A DNA stretch of 64,000 nucleotides, taken from positions 124,001-188,000 of the forward strand of contig NW_024055443.1 of the NCBI RefSeq assembly GCF_902713615.1. The letters are read 5' to 3'. Position numbers and translations under genes: made by a program. The DNA is from Scyliorhinus canicula (taxonomy: Eukaryota). The notes under the pieces were generated by a model. It worked only from the letters and a program-made list of their open reading frames with translations. It searched no databases and was not told the origin of the DNA. Each line of letters starts with the position of its first letter. Position 1 is the first letter of the stretch. Below are positions 62,991 through 64,000 of the stretch, one piece after another.

Positions 62991-64000
62991 ATGCCATGAT
63001 CTCTATCTTCGAAACAAATCTTTGAAAACAGGATTAGAATAGATCGGCCCTTGATGGCCGGCGCAGACATGATGGTGCTGTGCTGTTAAACTCTATGGCC
63101 CTATGACTATTTATTATTCAATTCCCAGAACGGAAGGATTCTTACCTTCTTAATCAGTCTTCTCTGTGGGATCTTGTAAAAAGCCTTAATGAGGTGCGTG
63201 CAGTCCACATTAACTGCACTGTCCTAATCGACACACCTAGTTACCTCTCGAAAAATTCTATTAAATTGGTTAGACATGATCTCCCGTTGACAAAGCCTTA
63301 CCGAGGATAAATATTTGTCTTGGAAACTGGGTGGTGTTATAATATATCCGTAACATACCATGTGCAAATAATATTCAACAGCAGCCATGTATTACGCACA
63401 ATTTCCTCAATCTAAATGAAGAACTTTTGAAAATACGTTCTTCACCTTTGAGCCGGCAAACGTTTGCAAGCTAACTGAGCATGAATACCACTGCACTGAA
63501 ACATATGGATTTAGTCTTCCCCGCGTCACCTTTCTGGGCTGTTAAATTGTAATGTCATGCAGCAGAAAGATGTGCCTTTGTTTTGGAGAAATGGAATTCA
63601 GCTGGTACCATTAGGAATGCTGCAGACAAACTGATACAACAATGTATTTCATAGAGGGCAGTGATCGTGACACAGCAACAGCTCCCTACTGAGATCACAG
63701 GAACCATACACAACCCACCTGATGTGATCTAACCAGCGTTGGAGCAATCATTTCTTTATGTTCAGTAATAGCTTTTGTAAGGGGAATCATATTGTGTAAT
63801 CTGATTGAGAAAATGAGGACGTGCTTGGGTCGAATAAACGTCGGCATTGTATCAACTACATAAATGCATTTTGGTTCAAAGGGTTGACAAGTATCGAAAT
63901 TCCGATTTTTCATACGGTCGGGTCAGTGAAGCTTTGTCAGGCATTGTGCAAGGATACTGAAGAAACCCTTGTACGTATTCCAAATTGTTTATACTTAGCT

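Noticed and set aside
24600-64000. Additional V, D, J or C segments (second cluster, IgW, IgNAR)
   Set aside because: I found no RSS-flanked segments or Ig-domain exons; content hidden in the gap cannot be excluded.

Overview
This is shark (elasmobranch) genomic DNA. The SINE repertoire suggests a catshark or carcharhiniform species, which is an inference. The only intact gene I can support is one complete, unrearranged and apparently functional IgM heavy-chain cluster on the minus strand (about 24.0 kb to 4.9 kb). Its order is leader, VH, D1, D2, JH, an 8.8-kb intron, Cmu1-Cmu4 with secretory tailpiece, TM1 and TM2. All six RSSs, all splice sites and both poly(A) regions can be read. The rest is dominated by transposable elements: CR1-group, L1, RTE and Rex/Babar LINE fragments, several tRNA-derived SINE families, Penelope-like elements and a Harbinger-type MITE. 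There are also minisatellites, a tandem duplication of about 5 kb, a zinc-finger gene relic and a 669-bp assembly gap. Top observations: (1) a SINE-derived 19 x 29-bp array with 35 AGCT motifs about 0.5 kb upstream of Cmu1, where tetrapod switch regions lie; (2) a second copy of the secretory poly(A) module inside the Cmu2-Cmu3 intron; (3) an intact minimal, dimer-type hammerhead ribozyme in a Penelope terminal repeat; (4) a RUNX/ETS/E-box cluster at 50.8-51.0 kb. No CRISPR arrays, rRNA genes or true tRNA genes were found. TE boundaries are approximate and family names come from recognition, not database searches.
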